64,000 nucleotides of DNA from an uncultured Chloroflexia bacterium (GCA_963727055.1 CAVSEN010000002.1:992199-1056198), one strand, 5' to 3'; counted from the first letter of the stretch, positions 30,255 to 39,809 are shown. Notes: a model not told the origin generated them from the letters alone. A program made the numbers and translations.

Positions 30255-30580
30255 ATGCATGGTCGTCCGGGACCCTCGCTCGGGGTCCGGATCGGGGCGA
30301 TGCGAGTCCCCGCTCGGTGCCGGCAGGGCGTCGTCGGCGGCGTGCCCGGCGCCCGTGAGTCATGCGCCACCTCCGTCCCGTGCACCCCGAATCCTGGCGA
30401 TGATTAGCCCGAGCAGTGTTGGACGGGACCGGGCGCCGACTTCGGCCGCCCAAGGTTCGCCAGCGGCCTTGTATTCGTGTGTGGGTACGAAGCTGCCGGC
30501 CCGGAATCAAGCTCGTCGAGACTCCCGGTTCGCGTCCAGCAACTACCGCCGCTCGATGAACGCCAGAAACGGGCCGCGCC

Positions 30581-30652
30581 GGTCGCCGATCCGGTCGCCG
30601 ACCCGGCCGCCGACCCAGCCGCCGACCCTGCCGCCGAACGGGCCGCCAAAAC
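30581..30652. repeat. 12-nt tandem repeat x6
   Basis: ggtcgccgatcc ggtcgccgaccc ggccgccgaccc agccgccgaccc tgccgccgaacg ggccgccaaaac. Confidence 0.75.
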
Positions 30653-30889
30653 GGGCCGGAACTTCCGAGATACCAACCGGTGTGGTGGTACGCACACACG
30701 TGGCCCGATTCTCCGCGGAGCCCCAGAGCCAGGACCCGACCCCCCTGCGTGGATGGGGCCCTGCCGCCGCCAGAAGCGACCTCGGGCGCCTCGGATCCTT
30801 GCTTACCACCACCCCGGTTGGTGAACCGGAAGATCCGCCGGTGCGGAGTTGGCGCCGCCTCAACGCCGGAAGCCGCGCCGCACCCCCGT

Positions 30890-30954
30890 CGCTCTCCCCG
30901 GCCGCTCTCCCCGGCCGCTCTCCCCGGCCGCTTACCCCGGCCGCTCACTCGGGC
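30890..30954. repeat. 13-nt tandem repeat x5
   Basis: cgctctccccggc occurs three times, then cgcttaccccggc and cgctcactcgggc. The array ends 20 nt upstream of the -35 of the rpmH promoter. Confidence 0.8.
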
Positions 30955-30973
30955 GCCCGAACCGGGCCGAGGT

Positions 30974-31003
30974 TTGACACTCCTTCGGGGCCGTCCATAT
31001 AAT
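30974..31003 (+). promoter_or_regulatory. consensus sigma-70-type promoter for the rpmH operon
   Basis: TTGACA (30974-30979), an 18-nt spacer, then TATAAT (30998-31003). It lies about 120 nt upstream of the rpmH ATG. Confidence 0.6.
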
Positions 31004-31126
31004 CCCCCGGACGACGACGCGCCAGGCGCTTTCGGGCGCCCGGCGCGTTCGCGTGCCTCTAGGGGTCGGAACCAACCGTCAACCGGCGGCCCCGAGGCCT
31101 GATGGAGAGGATCGCGCACAGTCCCG

Positions 31127-31261
31127 ATGAAGCAGACCTACCAGCCCAAGAAGCGCCACCGCGCCAAGGAGCACGGCTTTCGCGCCCGGATGAAGACGAC
31201 CGGCGGCCGTCGCGTCCTGGCCGCCCGTCGGGCCCGAGGTCGGAAGCGGCTGACGGCCTGA
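31127..31261 (+). CDS. rpmH: 50S ribosomal protein L34
   Basis: A 44-codon ORF below the track cutoff reads [44 protein letters not shown]. Confidence 0.95.
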   Translation: MKQTYQPKKRHRAKEHGFRARMKTTGGRRVLAARRARGRKRLTA

Positions 31262-31290
31262 TCGAGCGCGGCACGCACCCGCCGCGTCTC

Positions 31291-31628
31291 GTGATGCTCT
31301 CCCGTCCACGGGATTTCGCGGCGATCCAGGCCACGGGGACCATTCGGTCCCACCCACTCCTCGTCGTCCGGATCCTGCGGACCGACCTCGAGACGACGCG
31401 GTTCGGAATGGCGACCGGCCGAAAGCTCGGCGGGGCGGTCGTCCGGAATCGGCCTTCGCCGCCGGCTCCGTGAGGCATTGAGGGCGCTGGCGCCCTCGTT
31501 CCAGCCGGGCTGGGACGTCCTGATCATCGCCCGGCCGGCGCTCGTGAACGCGACCACGAGGCGCTGGCCGGGGCGTTGCACGGCTCCTCCGTCGGGGAGG
31601 CGTCCTGGAAGGACCGAACACCGCGTGA
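31291..31628 (+). CDS. rnpA: ribonuclease P protein component (frameshifted)
   Basis: [23 protein letters not shown]...[19 protein letters not shown]. An extra c near 31453 shifts into [28 protein letters not shown] further shift leads to ...[16 protein letters not shown] stop, overlapping the yidD GTG. The start codon is uncertain. Confidence 0.8.
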
Positions 31629-31831
31629 AGCGGATCGGGATCGGGCTGATCAAGCTCTACCGAGTCGTGTTCGCGTGGCTGCCGTCCAGCTGCCGCTACG
31701 AGCCCACCTGCTCGCGCTACACCGAGCAGGCCATCGAGCGCTACGGCCTGCTCAGGGGCAGCTGGATGGGTGCCCGGCGGATCGCCCGCTGCCATCCCTG
31801 GCATCCCGGCGGCTACGACCCGGTGCGCTGA
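31625..31831 (+). CDS. yidD: membrane protein insertion efficiency factor YidD
   Basis: [67 protein letters not shown]. Confidence 0.85.
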   Translation: MKRIGIGLIKLYRVVFAWLPSSCRYEPTCSRYTEQAIERYGLLRGSWMGARRIARCHPWHPGGYDPVR

Positions 31832-31835
31832 CGCG

Positions 31836-33030
31836 ATGACCGACGGCCTGCGCTATCTCTACCGGCGGTCGCGTCCGTACCTCGGCGTCGCGCTGCTCCT
31901 CGTCGTCGTCGTGCTCGTCCTCGCCGCCTGCGCCGGGCTCACCCCGGCGGCCACCCTGGCCCCCGGCCAGACCGCCACCCCGACGCCCGAAGCGACCCCG
32001 CCGCCGGCCGCAACCCCGCTCCAACCGGCGAACCCGAGCGACCCGTTCTCGCTGCTCGCCTGCCTGTTCACGCCGATCTTCCAGGCCCTGTTCATCATCC
32101 TGGTCGCGGTTCGAGCAGGCGACCGGCAGCATCGTCATCGCGATCATCGCCGTGACCCTGCTCGTCCGGGTCATCCTGATCCCGCTGTTCCGCAAGCAGA
32201 TCGTCAGCCAGCGGCGGATGCAGCTCCTGGGGCCGGAGGTCAAGGAGATCCAGCGGCGCTTCAAGGGCGACCGGGTCAAGGTCCAGGAGGCGACCCAGGC
32301 GCTCTACAAGGAGCGCGGGGTCAACCCGGCCCGGGCTGCCTGCCCCTGATCCTGCAGTTCATGCTGCTGATCCCGATGTACTCGGTCTTCAGCGCGGGCC
32401 TCCAGAACTACGATCCGACGGCGATGCTGGAGGTGTTCGGCTTCCAGCTCGCTCAACCTTCATTGCCCTCCGGCCACGTACATCTCGCCCGGACACGTCC
32501 AGCCCTGCATCAACCCGACGGTCGTTCGGGCGTCGACCTGAGCCAGCCGCAGGTCCTGTTCACGATGCCGGTGCTCGGGATCAGCCTGCTGGCCATCATC
32601 TCGTCGGCTGCTCCAGCTCGTTCCAGTCCCGGATGACGATGCCCCGCCGCGACCCGAACACGCCCGACGACCAGAACACCAAGATCCAGCGCCAGACGAT
32701 GCTCTTCCTGCCGTTCATCTCGATCTTCTACGGCGGGTTCCTGCCGGCCGGCCTGTTCATCTACTGGATCGTGTCGACGATCTTCTCGATCGTCCAGCAA
32801 TACCTGATCATCGGCTGGGGCGGGATGTTCCCGATGTTCGGCTGGGACCCGGCGTTCGCCCGGCCCACACCCCGCGCTTCCCGGTGCCGATCCCGCACCG
32901 CGGACCCGATCGAAGCGGGCGGCGAACTCCGTCCTTACCCAATCCGACGAACGGGCCGCAAAAGCCGCGACGACGATCCGCCCCCGCGAACGGGGCGGCC
33001 GGCAGGGCCGACGAGGGAGACGACGCTGAT
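31836..33030 (+). CDS. yidC: membrane protein insertase YidC (frameshifted)
   Basis: The signal-anchor contains LAACAG. Fragments include IIAVTLLVRVILIPLFRKQIVSQRRMQLLGPEVKEIQRRFKGD, LPLILQFMLLIPMYSVF and MLFLPFISIFYGGFLPAGLFIYWIVSTIFSIVQQYLI. The basic tail ...RGGRQGRRGRRR ends at TGA 33028-33030. Confidence 0.8.
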
Positions 33031-33031
33031 C

Positions 33032-34153
33032 ATGAGTGCGTACCAGGAATTCACCGGCAAGTCCGTCGAGGAGGCGCTGCAACGGCCCGCGAGGCGTTCG
33101 GGTCGGGCTCGAACGACCTCGACTTCGAGATCCTCACCCCGGCAGCCGGGGCGTCCTCGGCATGGGTGCCGAGCCGGCCCGGATCGTGGCCGCCCCGCGC
33201 GCCGCGCTCGGTGGCAGCGCCCCCAAGCGCGAGGCGGCCGCCGCCACGCCGCTGCCGCCCAGCCCCGCCCGCGAGGACCGCCCGCCCCGCCGGGACGGCG
33301 ATCGAGACCGCGGCCCGCGCCGCGACGATCGGCCCCGCGACGATCGGCCCGACGACGCCCGACGATCGGCCCCGGGACGATCGGCCCCGACCGCGGATCG
33401 ACCGACCCCGCGGCGGCCGCCGAGGGTCCCCGAGCCGACGCACGCCCCGCGGACGCGCCCCTGGCCGATCGCCCGGCTCGCGACGACCGCCCGCGGCGTG
33501 ACGACCGCCCGCGGCGCGACGACCGCCCGCGCACGGATCGGCCGCGCCAGGATCGCGAGCGACCGGCCGGCGACCGCCCCGTCCATCGCCCGCCGGCCTC
33601 CGACCTGTCCGAGCGCGAGGCAGCCGAGGTGGCTGCCGCGCGAGGCTCGGTGGCCGCCGAGCGGGCCGACCTCGAGGCCGCCGAGGCGTCGCCCGAGGCC
33701 CTCGCCGCGGGCAAGGACATCCTCGAGAAGCTGATGCGCCTGATGGGCTTCGACGTACGCGTCGAGGTCCGGGCCGGCGAGACGAGCCGCCTCAACGTCA
33801 TCGGCGAAGGCGACGAGAAGGAGGCGCTCGGCGCGCTGATCGGCCGCAAGGGCGAGCGCCTGTCCGCGCTCCAGCACCTCGTCAACCTGATGCTGTCGCG
33901 GCAGATGGGCGACTGGACCCGGGTCCTGGTCGACGTCGAGGACTACCGCGGCCGGCGCGAGCGCCAGCTCGTCGAGATCGCCCGTCGGGCCGCGGAGCGG
34001 GTCGGCGAGACCGGCAAGATGCTCCAGCTCGAGCCGATGTCGGCCCTCGAGCGGCGCTGGATCCACATCGCGCTGCGCGACCATCCGGACGTCGCGACCC
34101 AGTCGATCGGCGAGGAGCCGAACCGGCGGGTGATCGTCCTGCCCCGCGCCTGA
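33032..34153 (+). CDS. jag: Jag/KhpB-type RNA-binding protein (Jag_N, KH, R3H), frameshifted in the N-terminal half
   Basis: MSAYQEFTGKSVEEAL, AREAFGSGSNDLDFEILTP and GVLGMGAEPARIV occur in three frames. An R/D/P repeat linker follows, then an intact KH-R3H part ...GRKGERLSALQHL...LEPMSALERRWIHIAL...PNRRVIVLP. Confidence 0.8.
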   Translation: MSAYQEFTGKSVEEALQRPARRSGRARTTSTSRSSPRQPGRPRHGCRAGPDRGRPARRARWQRPQARGGRRHAAAAQPRPRGPPAPPGRRSRPRPAPRRSAPRRSARRRPTIGPGTIGPDRGSTDPAAAAEGPRADARPADAPLADRPARDDRPRRDDRPRRDDRPRTDRPRQDRERPAGDRPVHRPPASDLSEREAAEVAAARGSVAAERADLEAAEASPEALAAGKDILEKLMRLMGFDVRVEVRAGETSRLNVIGEGDEKEALGALIGRKGERLSALQHLVNLMLSRQMGDWTRVLVDVEDYRGRRERQLVEIARRAAERVGETGKMLQLEPMSALERRWIHIALRDHPDVATQSIGEEPNRRVIVLPRA

Positions 34154-34158
34154 GCGTC

Positions 34159-34180
34159 ACGAGCGAACCGGCTCGCTCGT
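34159..34180 (+). terminator. possible hairpin terminator after jag
   Basis: acgagcga accggc tcgctcgt (8-bp stem) lies 6 nt after the stop. There is no U-tract. Confidence 0.3.
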
Positions 34181-34255
34181 CGAGACGTACCCCAGGGAAC
34201 AGGACCTCTGCCTTGGGAGCAGGGATTGAAGCGGCTGATAGGATGACCTCCGCAC

Positions 34256-36093
34256 ATGACCACGACGACCGAAACCGAACTGCCCGCGACGCTCGATTCG
34301 CCGCGCTCGGCACGCTGGCCGCGGGTCGTGCTCGCGTTCCTCATCGGGATCGGGCTCGCCCTGATCGTCGCCGCCGGAGGGGTGTTCGCCTACGAGCAGG
34401 CCCACGCCGGCAAGGTCGGGGCCGGTGTCCATGGCGGCTCGGTCGACCTGTCCGGCCTGACTCGCGACGAGGCCGGCGCCGCGCTCACGGCCGCCTACGC
34501 CTCACTCGGCCAGGGCGACGCTGACCCTGAGCTTGCCCGATGGCACGGCCAAGGTCAGCTTCGCCGAGCTCGGCCGGCGCCTCGATGTCGACGCGATGGT
34601 CACCGCTGCCCTCGATGTCGGTCGCTCGGGCAATCCGCTCACCCGGGTGAGCGATGAGATCCGGACGGCACTCCGGGGGACGACCGTCGCGCCGGTCGTG
34701 ACCTTCGACCCGGCCGCGCTCGAGGCGAGCCTCGCCCGCGTAGCGACCTCGATTGCCCGTACCCCGATGAACGCCAGCGTCCAGAAGACGGCCGCCGGCT
34801 TCGTCAGCCACGACCTCGAGCGACGGCCGGACGCTGTCAGTCGATGCCCTGGCCCGCCAGGTGATGCTGGCCCTCGGCTCGCCGAATGCGGCGGCCCAGC
34901 AGACGATCGACGTCTCGGCCGACCTCACGCCGGTCGCCCCGCTCGTCAGTACCAGCCAGGCCCGACAGGCGGCGGCGGGCGGCAATGCCGAGATCGCCCC
35001 GATCGTCCTGACCCACGACACCGACAGTTGGACGATCCCGGCCGCGACGGTCGCGTCCTGGCTCGCGGTCGGCACGGCGGCCGACGGCACGTACGGCGTG
35101 CAGGCCGACCCGGCCAAGGTCAGCGCCTCCCTGAACGGGCTGGCCAAGTCGATCAACCGCAAGGCGGTCGATGCATCGTTCCTGGTGAGCAAGAAGAACA
35201 AGGTCGTCGGCGTCATCGCCGGCAAGGACGGCCGGGCGCTCGACGTTGCCGGCTCGGTCGCCCTGATCCAGGCGCTCCTCGGCCAGCGCTCGGCGGGCAT
35301 CGCCAGCACCGCCCCGCTCACGCCGTCGATCGCGACGACCACGCCGAACCTGACGACGGCCGCCGCCACGAGCGCCGCGCCGCAGATGCGCGCGATCTCG
35401 AGCTGGACCACCTACTACGCCCCGGGCGCCCACAACGGCAACAGCGCCAACATCACGATCCCGGCGATGGCGATCGACGGCACGATCGTTGCCCCGGGCG
35501 CCGAGTTCAACTTCTGGAAGGCCGTCGGGGTGGTCAGCCTGGCCAAGGGCTACAAGCTCGGCGGCGCGATCATCAACGGCCACTCGGTCGAGGGCAAGAC
35601 GATCGGTGGCGGGATCTGCTCGACCTCGACCACCCTGTTCAATGCCGCCCTGCGGGCCGGCCTGAAGATGGGCGCCCGGGCGAACCACTACTACTACATC
35701 TCGCGCTATCCGCTCGGCCTCGATGCGACGGTCTGGGAAGACGGCAGCGCCGTCCAGAACATGACCTTCACGAACGACACGCCGTACCCGATCCTGATCC
35801 GGACCTACGCCAAGCCGGGCATCGTCCGGTTCACGCTGTACAGCGTGCCGACCGGCCGGACCGTCAGCATCTCAGCGCCGACCGTGAAGAACTACATCCG
35901 CGGCTATACCGTGGTCGAGCACACGAAGTCGCTCCGGCCCGGCCAGGTCGTGCAGAGTGAGTACCAGGCCGATGGCCAGGACGTCTGGCGCACCGTCACC
36001 GTTCGCGACAGGAACGGCAAGGTCATCGACCAGAAGACGTACTACTCGCACTACGCCCGGATGATCGGCGTGATCATGAAGGGCGTCGCCTGA
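34256..36093 (+). CDS. VanW-family protein (two frame changes in the N-terminal third)
   Basis: N-terminal TM (VVLAFLIGIGLALIVAAGGVF). Pieces lie in 34256..34657, 34533.. and 34861..36093. The VanW core reads PGAEFNFWKAVG...GGGICSTSTTLFNAALRAGL...HYYYISRYPLGLDATV, followed by a G5-like C-terminus. Confidence 0.75.
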
Positions 36094-36130
36094 TCGGTCG
36101 CCGCCAGCCGGCCCGCCTCGGACCGCCCCG

Positions 36131-36391
36131 TCAGCCGGGCGTCGCCACGTAGATCGCGGCCACACTGATCTTCGTCTCGTAGCCGCTGCCCTCGCGACCA
36201 ATGAACGACTGGGCATGGCGGAGCGGTGAGGCAGCCAGCGAGACCAGCCGCTGGCCCTTCAGCAGGCGGGCCGCCGCGTCATCGGCGATCTCGCCGTACA
36301 TCGCGTTCGGATCGACCTCGTCGCTCGTGTCGTCGGAAACGTACACGACGATCGCCTGGCCCGCCCCTGCCGCGAGCTCGTTGGATTGCAT
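36131..36391 (-). CDS. hypothetical small acidic protein
   Basis: 86-aa ORF with GC-rich third positions and no recognisable motif. Confidence 0.4.
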   Translation of the reverse strand: MQSNELAAGAGQAIVVYVSDDTSDEVDPNAMYGEIADDAAARLLKGQRLVSLAASPLRHAQSFIGREGSGYETKISVAAIYVATPG

Positions 36392-36442
36392 CGGTCCGAT
36401 CCCTTTCCTGACCCTGGTGCTGGGTGTGGCGCCGGACTGAGC

Positions 36443-36850
36443 CTAGCTCGCTGGACCGATCTCCTGGACCAGCCAGCCGTTGCCGTCCGGATCGCTGAAC
36501 GAGAGGTACGAGGCGTACTTCTGCCGGGTGGGATCCGGGCCGGGCGCGTGGCCGCCGCCGTCGAAGTGGTAGATCTCACTCGCCTCCACGCCGCGGCCGA
36601 CCAGCTCGGCCCGGGCCGCCTCGATGTCTTCGACGCACAGGTGGAGGCCCTGGAGGCTGCCCGGGGTCATGTCCGACGACGTCATCAGGGTGATCGAGCA
36701 GGCCGAGCCGGGCGGCGTCAGCTGGACGACCCGGAAGTCGCCGGCCTGGAAGTCGACGTCCAGGTTGAAGCCGACCCGATCGACATAGAAGGCCTTGGAC
36801 CGGTCGACGTCGCTGACCGGCATGACCACGACTTCGAGCTTGAACTCCAT
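36443..36850 (-). CDS. VOC (glyoxalase/bleomycin-resistance) family protein
   Basis: MEFKLEVVVMPVSDVDRSKAFYVDRVGFNLDVDF...FSDPDGNGWLVQE, with AGGAGG 7 nt upstream of the ATG at 36850. The track ORF runs on upstream into ssrA. Confidence 0.8.
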   Translation of the reverse strand: MEFKLEVVVMPVSDVDRSKAFYVDRVGFNLDVDFQAGDFRVVQLTPPGSACSITLMTSSDMTPGSLQGLHLCVEDIEAARAELVGRGVEASEIYHFDGGGHAPGPDPTRQKYASYLSFSDPDGNGWLVQEIGPAS

Positions 36851-36938
36851 GAGAACGCCTCCTGAGGCTGCCGGATGCGGGCGACTGTGGTCCGAGGGCG
36901 CCCGGGAGGAGGGAGCGCGGCGAGGCGCGACGAGCAGT

Positions 36939-37313
36939 TGGTGGAGATGGGGGAGAGTCGAACTCCCCGTCCAGAACCCTTCGCCAGGGACCACTACGAG
37001 CGTGTCCGATGATTTGTCGTCAACCGACCAGGCGCCCATCGGCAGGCTCCCGGCCGGTCCAGTCACGTGTCCCTAGATCGGGCTTTGAACGACGCTACGC
37101 GGCGATTGCACCGTTCGCATCCTCGCTGAATGACGCTTCCACAGCCCGCGAGGAGGAGGCTGCTTCCACGCTCACCTTACTGCCTAAGCAGCGAGGGCGA
37201 GAGCAGGCTGGCGGTTGCCAGTTACTTCGTTTTGTCGCCTTTTAACGAGGCCAGAGCGACATCCTCGGCTCGCGTTCCCTGGTAGCTGGACCCTGTCGAA
37301 TCCACGCATCCCC
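36939..37313 (-). ncRNA. ssrA: tmRNA
   Basis: The 5' end GGGGAUGCGUGGAUUCGACAGGG and the 3' end GGACGGGGAGUUCGACUCUCCCCAUCUCCACCA give an acceptor stem with a G3:U pair. The tag ORF GGC AAC CGC CAG CCT GCT CTC GCC CTC GCT GCT TAG (37219..37184) encodes GNRQPALALAA. Confidence 0.9.
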
Positions 37314-37409
37314 ACGGCCATCGAACCTGCGTTCGACGGACGCGGATCATCCCACAAGCCCGGCTCCCTGCCAAGCGCTGCCCCGCTGGCTCCGCCCTCG
37401 CCGGGCTCG

Positions 37410-37597
37410 CCCCGAAGTTGGGACGAATGCCGCCACCAGACGCGTAACGGGCCAATTCGAACCCCGGAGTGGCCTCCGGGCGGTCACTCGGGACGGATTC
37501 GTGCGGGGCCGCGGGCACCACGCGAGGCAACGGAGCCCGTACCCGGGGCAACTCGGCGATAGCGCGTCTGGTGGCGGCATTCGTACCAACCTTGGGG
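37410..37597. repeat. 188-nt unit closed by a 35-bp inverted repeat
   Basis: ccccgaagttgggacgaatgccgccaccagacgcg (37410-37444) pairs with cgcgtctggtggcggcattcgtaccaaccttgggg (37563-37597). There are 3 mismatches and a 22-bp perfect core. An inner hairpin cccggag tggc ctccggg is also present. Confidence 0.8.
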
Positions 37598-37776
37598 TGG
37601 ACGGAGCCCCGGCCGCCCGAGTTCGTGCCGAATTTGCGCCCGGGCGACGCGTATGGTCGGAATCCTCGGCCGTAGGTGGCGGCGACGGGCTACCCAGCGG
37701 ATCCGAATCGTGCTCAAGCGGGCGGGTCGGCGATCCGGATTGGAGCGGTACGGCGCCGCCAGGATGAGCCGCGAAC

Positions 37777-38241
37777 TCAGCGACCGCGCGAGACGTCGGC
37801 CATCTGGCGGGCCACGTCGCGCCGCGAGTCACGTTCGGCGATGTCTCGCCGCCGGTCGTAGAGCTGCTTGCCACGGGCCAGGCCGATCTCGACCTTGGCC
37901 CGGCCACGCTCGTTGATGTACAGGCGCAAGGGGACCATCGTCTGGCCCTTCTGCTTCGTCTTCGACAGCAGCTGGGTCAGCTCGGCCCGATGGACGAGCA
38001 GCTTGCGGGTCCGCTTCGCCTCGTGGTTCAGCCGGTTGCCGCCCTCGTAGGGGGCAATATGGGCTGCGAACAGCCACATCTCGCCGTGGTCGATCCGGGC
38101 GTACGCGTCGGACAGGTTGACGTGATGGCCGCGGACCGACTTGATCTCGGTGCCGGTCAGGGCGATGCCCGCCTCGAACGTGTCGTCGATCGTGAACTGG
38201 TGGCGTGCTCGTCGGTTGAGGGCGATCGTCTCCTCGCCCAT
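37777..38241 (-). CDS. smpB: SsrA-binding protein
   Basis: MGEETIALNRRARHQFTIDDTFEAGIALTGTEIKSVR...LLVHRAEL...GQTMVPLRLY, with GAAGGAG upstream of the ATG at 38241. Confidence 0.9.
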   Translation of the reverse strand: MGEETIALNRRARHQFTIDDTFEAGIALTGTEIKSVRGHHVNLSDAYARIDHGEMWLFAAHIAPYEGGNRLNHEAKRTRKLLVHRAELTQLLSKTKQKGQTMVPLRLYINERGRAKVEIGLARGKQLYDRRRDIAERDSRRDVARQMADVSRGR

Positions 38242-38359
38242 GGTGGACTCCTTCGGTGATGGCGGCCGGCGGATCGTACCGCGCTGCAGCGCGCCGGGCG
38301 CCGCACGGGGCGGGTGGCTGGGTGAGCGCTCATGGACCCCGGCTCCGGCCGGGTCCAGG

Positions 38360-38389
38360 CACACGAACGCCGGTCCTTGCGGACCGGCG
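38360..38389 (-). terminator. possible intrinsic terminator after ctpA
   Basis: On the minus strand, cgccggtcc gcaa ggaccggcg (9-bp stem with a GNRA loop) is followed by ttcgtgtg. Confidence 0.4.
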
Positions 38390-38570
38390 CCCGATAACGC
38401 TTCACCACCCGCAGGGTGTCCGCTTAGACGGTCATCTCCTGCGAGGTGGTGCAGCGACGACGTTCAGACACTGCACATCACCTCCTTTCGCTCGCGGAAA
38501 CCGTACCCGAAGGTCGCGCTCAGCGCAATACCCGCCGGCCGCCGCCAGGGTCGGGTTGCCCAGGCAGCGG

Positions 38571-39809
38571 TCAGGCAGCCCGCGGCAAGCGAGGCATCGA
38601 CCGAAGCGGGGCGGCGGCGCTCGGCGCGGCCGCCAGGACCTGGAGCGCCTTGTCGAGGACGGGGTCGGAGCCGGCCGGCGTGTTGGCCGGGGTCGTGACC
38701 GGGATGTCCGGAGTCAGGCCGACGTGGTGGATCCAGACATTGTTCGGCGTCAGCCACTTGGCGATCGTCAGGCGGAAGCCGCCGCTGTCGGCCGAGAGCT
38801 GCTGGAAGGCCTGGATCGTGCCCTTGCCATACGTCTGGCTGCCGATCAGCTCGGCCCGCCCGCGGGCCTGGAGGGCACCGGCCACGATCTCGCTGGCCGA
38901 TGCGGTGTTGCCGTCGACCAGCACGACCACCTTGATCCGGGGATCGGTCGCCGCCCCACCGGCCGTCGCGTCGGTGGGCACCTGGACGCCGTCCGCGCCC
39001 TGCTCGTAGAAGATCACGCCGTTGGCCAGGAACTGGCTGGCGACCGCCTGGGCGGCGGTGATGTAGCCGCCCAGGTCGCCGCGCAGGTCGATGACCAGGC
39101 GGCTCTGGCCGGCCGCCACGTCGGCCTTGACTGCGGCCGCGAAGGCGCGCGCCGACTGGTCGCTGAAGCCCACCAGCCGGACGTAGCCGACCGTGCCGCC
39201 GGCCAGCGACCGAGTCTCGACCTCCTGCTGGACCACGACGTCCCGAACGATCGAGATCTCGATCGGGCTGCTCGAGCCGGCCCGTCGGATGCCGAGGACG
39301 ACCGTCGTGCCCTTGGCGCCCCGGATCCGGGCGACCGCCGCGTCGACGCTGCCGGCCAGGGTCTGGCCGTCGATCGTCAGGATCCGGTCGCCGGGCAGGA
39401 CGCCGGCCTTGTCGGCCGGAGCGCCCTGGATCACGCTCGACACGACCAGCGTGCAGCTGGCGCTCAGGGTCGTGCACGCCGAGTTGTCCTTGGTCGAGGT
39501 CGCCGGGATGGCCGCGCCGATCCCGGTGAACGTGCCGGCCAGGCCCTCGAGCGTCGTCTGGAAGTCGTTCGGGCTGAGGTACTGGCTGAACGGGTCGCCG
39601 AGGGCGTCGATCATCCCCTTGATCGCCCCTTCGACCAGGGTCCGGCGGTCGACCTGGTCGAGGGCATAGTCGTTCTCGATCGCGCTGTAGACATCCCAGA
39701 ACGGCTGGAATGCCTGCTGGGCCTCGACCGGCGTGCCGGGCGTCGAAGCGCGCTGCGCACCGAGGGCGAACCCGGACAGGAAGAGGCCCGAGCCGCCGAG
39801 GATCGCCAC
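38571..39809 (-). CDS. ctpA: S41 carboxyl-terminal processing protease
   Basis: PDZ segment (GAPADKAGVLPGDRILTIDG) and catalytic GNTASASEIVAGALQ ... TYGKGT. The N-terminus probably extends to an ATG at 39906 (MLPTDPP...) through one frame change near 39835. Confidence 0.85.
   Translation of the reverse strand: MAILGGSGLFLSGFALGAQRASTPGTPVEAQQAFQPFWDVYSAIENDYALDQVDRRTLVEGAIKGMIDALGDPFSQYLSPNDFQTTLEGLAGTFTGIGAAIPATSTKDNSACTTLSASCTLVVSSVIQGAPADKAGVLPGDRILTIDGQTLAGSVDAAVARIRGAKGTTVVLGIRRAGSSSPIEISIVRDVVVQQEVETRSLAGGTVGYVRLVGFSDQSARAFAAAVKADVAAGQSRLVIDLRGDLGGYITAAQAVASQFLANGVIFYEQGADGVQVPTDATAGGAATDPRIKVVVLVDGNTASASEIVAGALQARGRAELIGSQTYGKGTIQAFQQLSADSGGFRLTIAKWLTPNNVWIHHVGLTPDIPVTTPANTPAGSDPVLDKALQVLAAAPSAAAPLRSMPRLPRAA

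Noticed and set aside
28762-31119. 785-aa minus-strand ORF suggesting a huge DnaA with a 380-aa N-terminal extension.
   Set aside because: Only its middle part (MDAKQVW... to ...GKQIVLS) matches DnaA. The upstream part runs through repeat arrays and the rpmH promoter region and is Arg/Pro/Gly junk. The downstream part is the wrong frame after the break near 29205.
25332-34900. Interpreting dnaA, dnaN, recF, rnpA and yidC as true pseudogenes of a degenerating genome.
   Set aside because: Loss of all of these is incompatible with viability. The disruptions are clustered in blocks with sharp edges next to flawless multi-kb genes. Several are single-base changes in short nucleotide runs, with nearby compensating events, which is typical of sequencing or assembly error. 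It is kept as a finding that needs read-level verification.
38464-38490. Very strong SD-like sequence GAAAGGAGGTGAT on the minus strand between ctpA and smpB, followed by a 4-codon ATG ORF or a 14-codon GTG ORF.
   Set aside because: The spacing to the ATG is only 2 nt, and the ORFs are tiny and unconserved as far as I can tell. It could be a chance match or part of an untranslated RNA, which is too weak to call.
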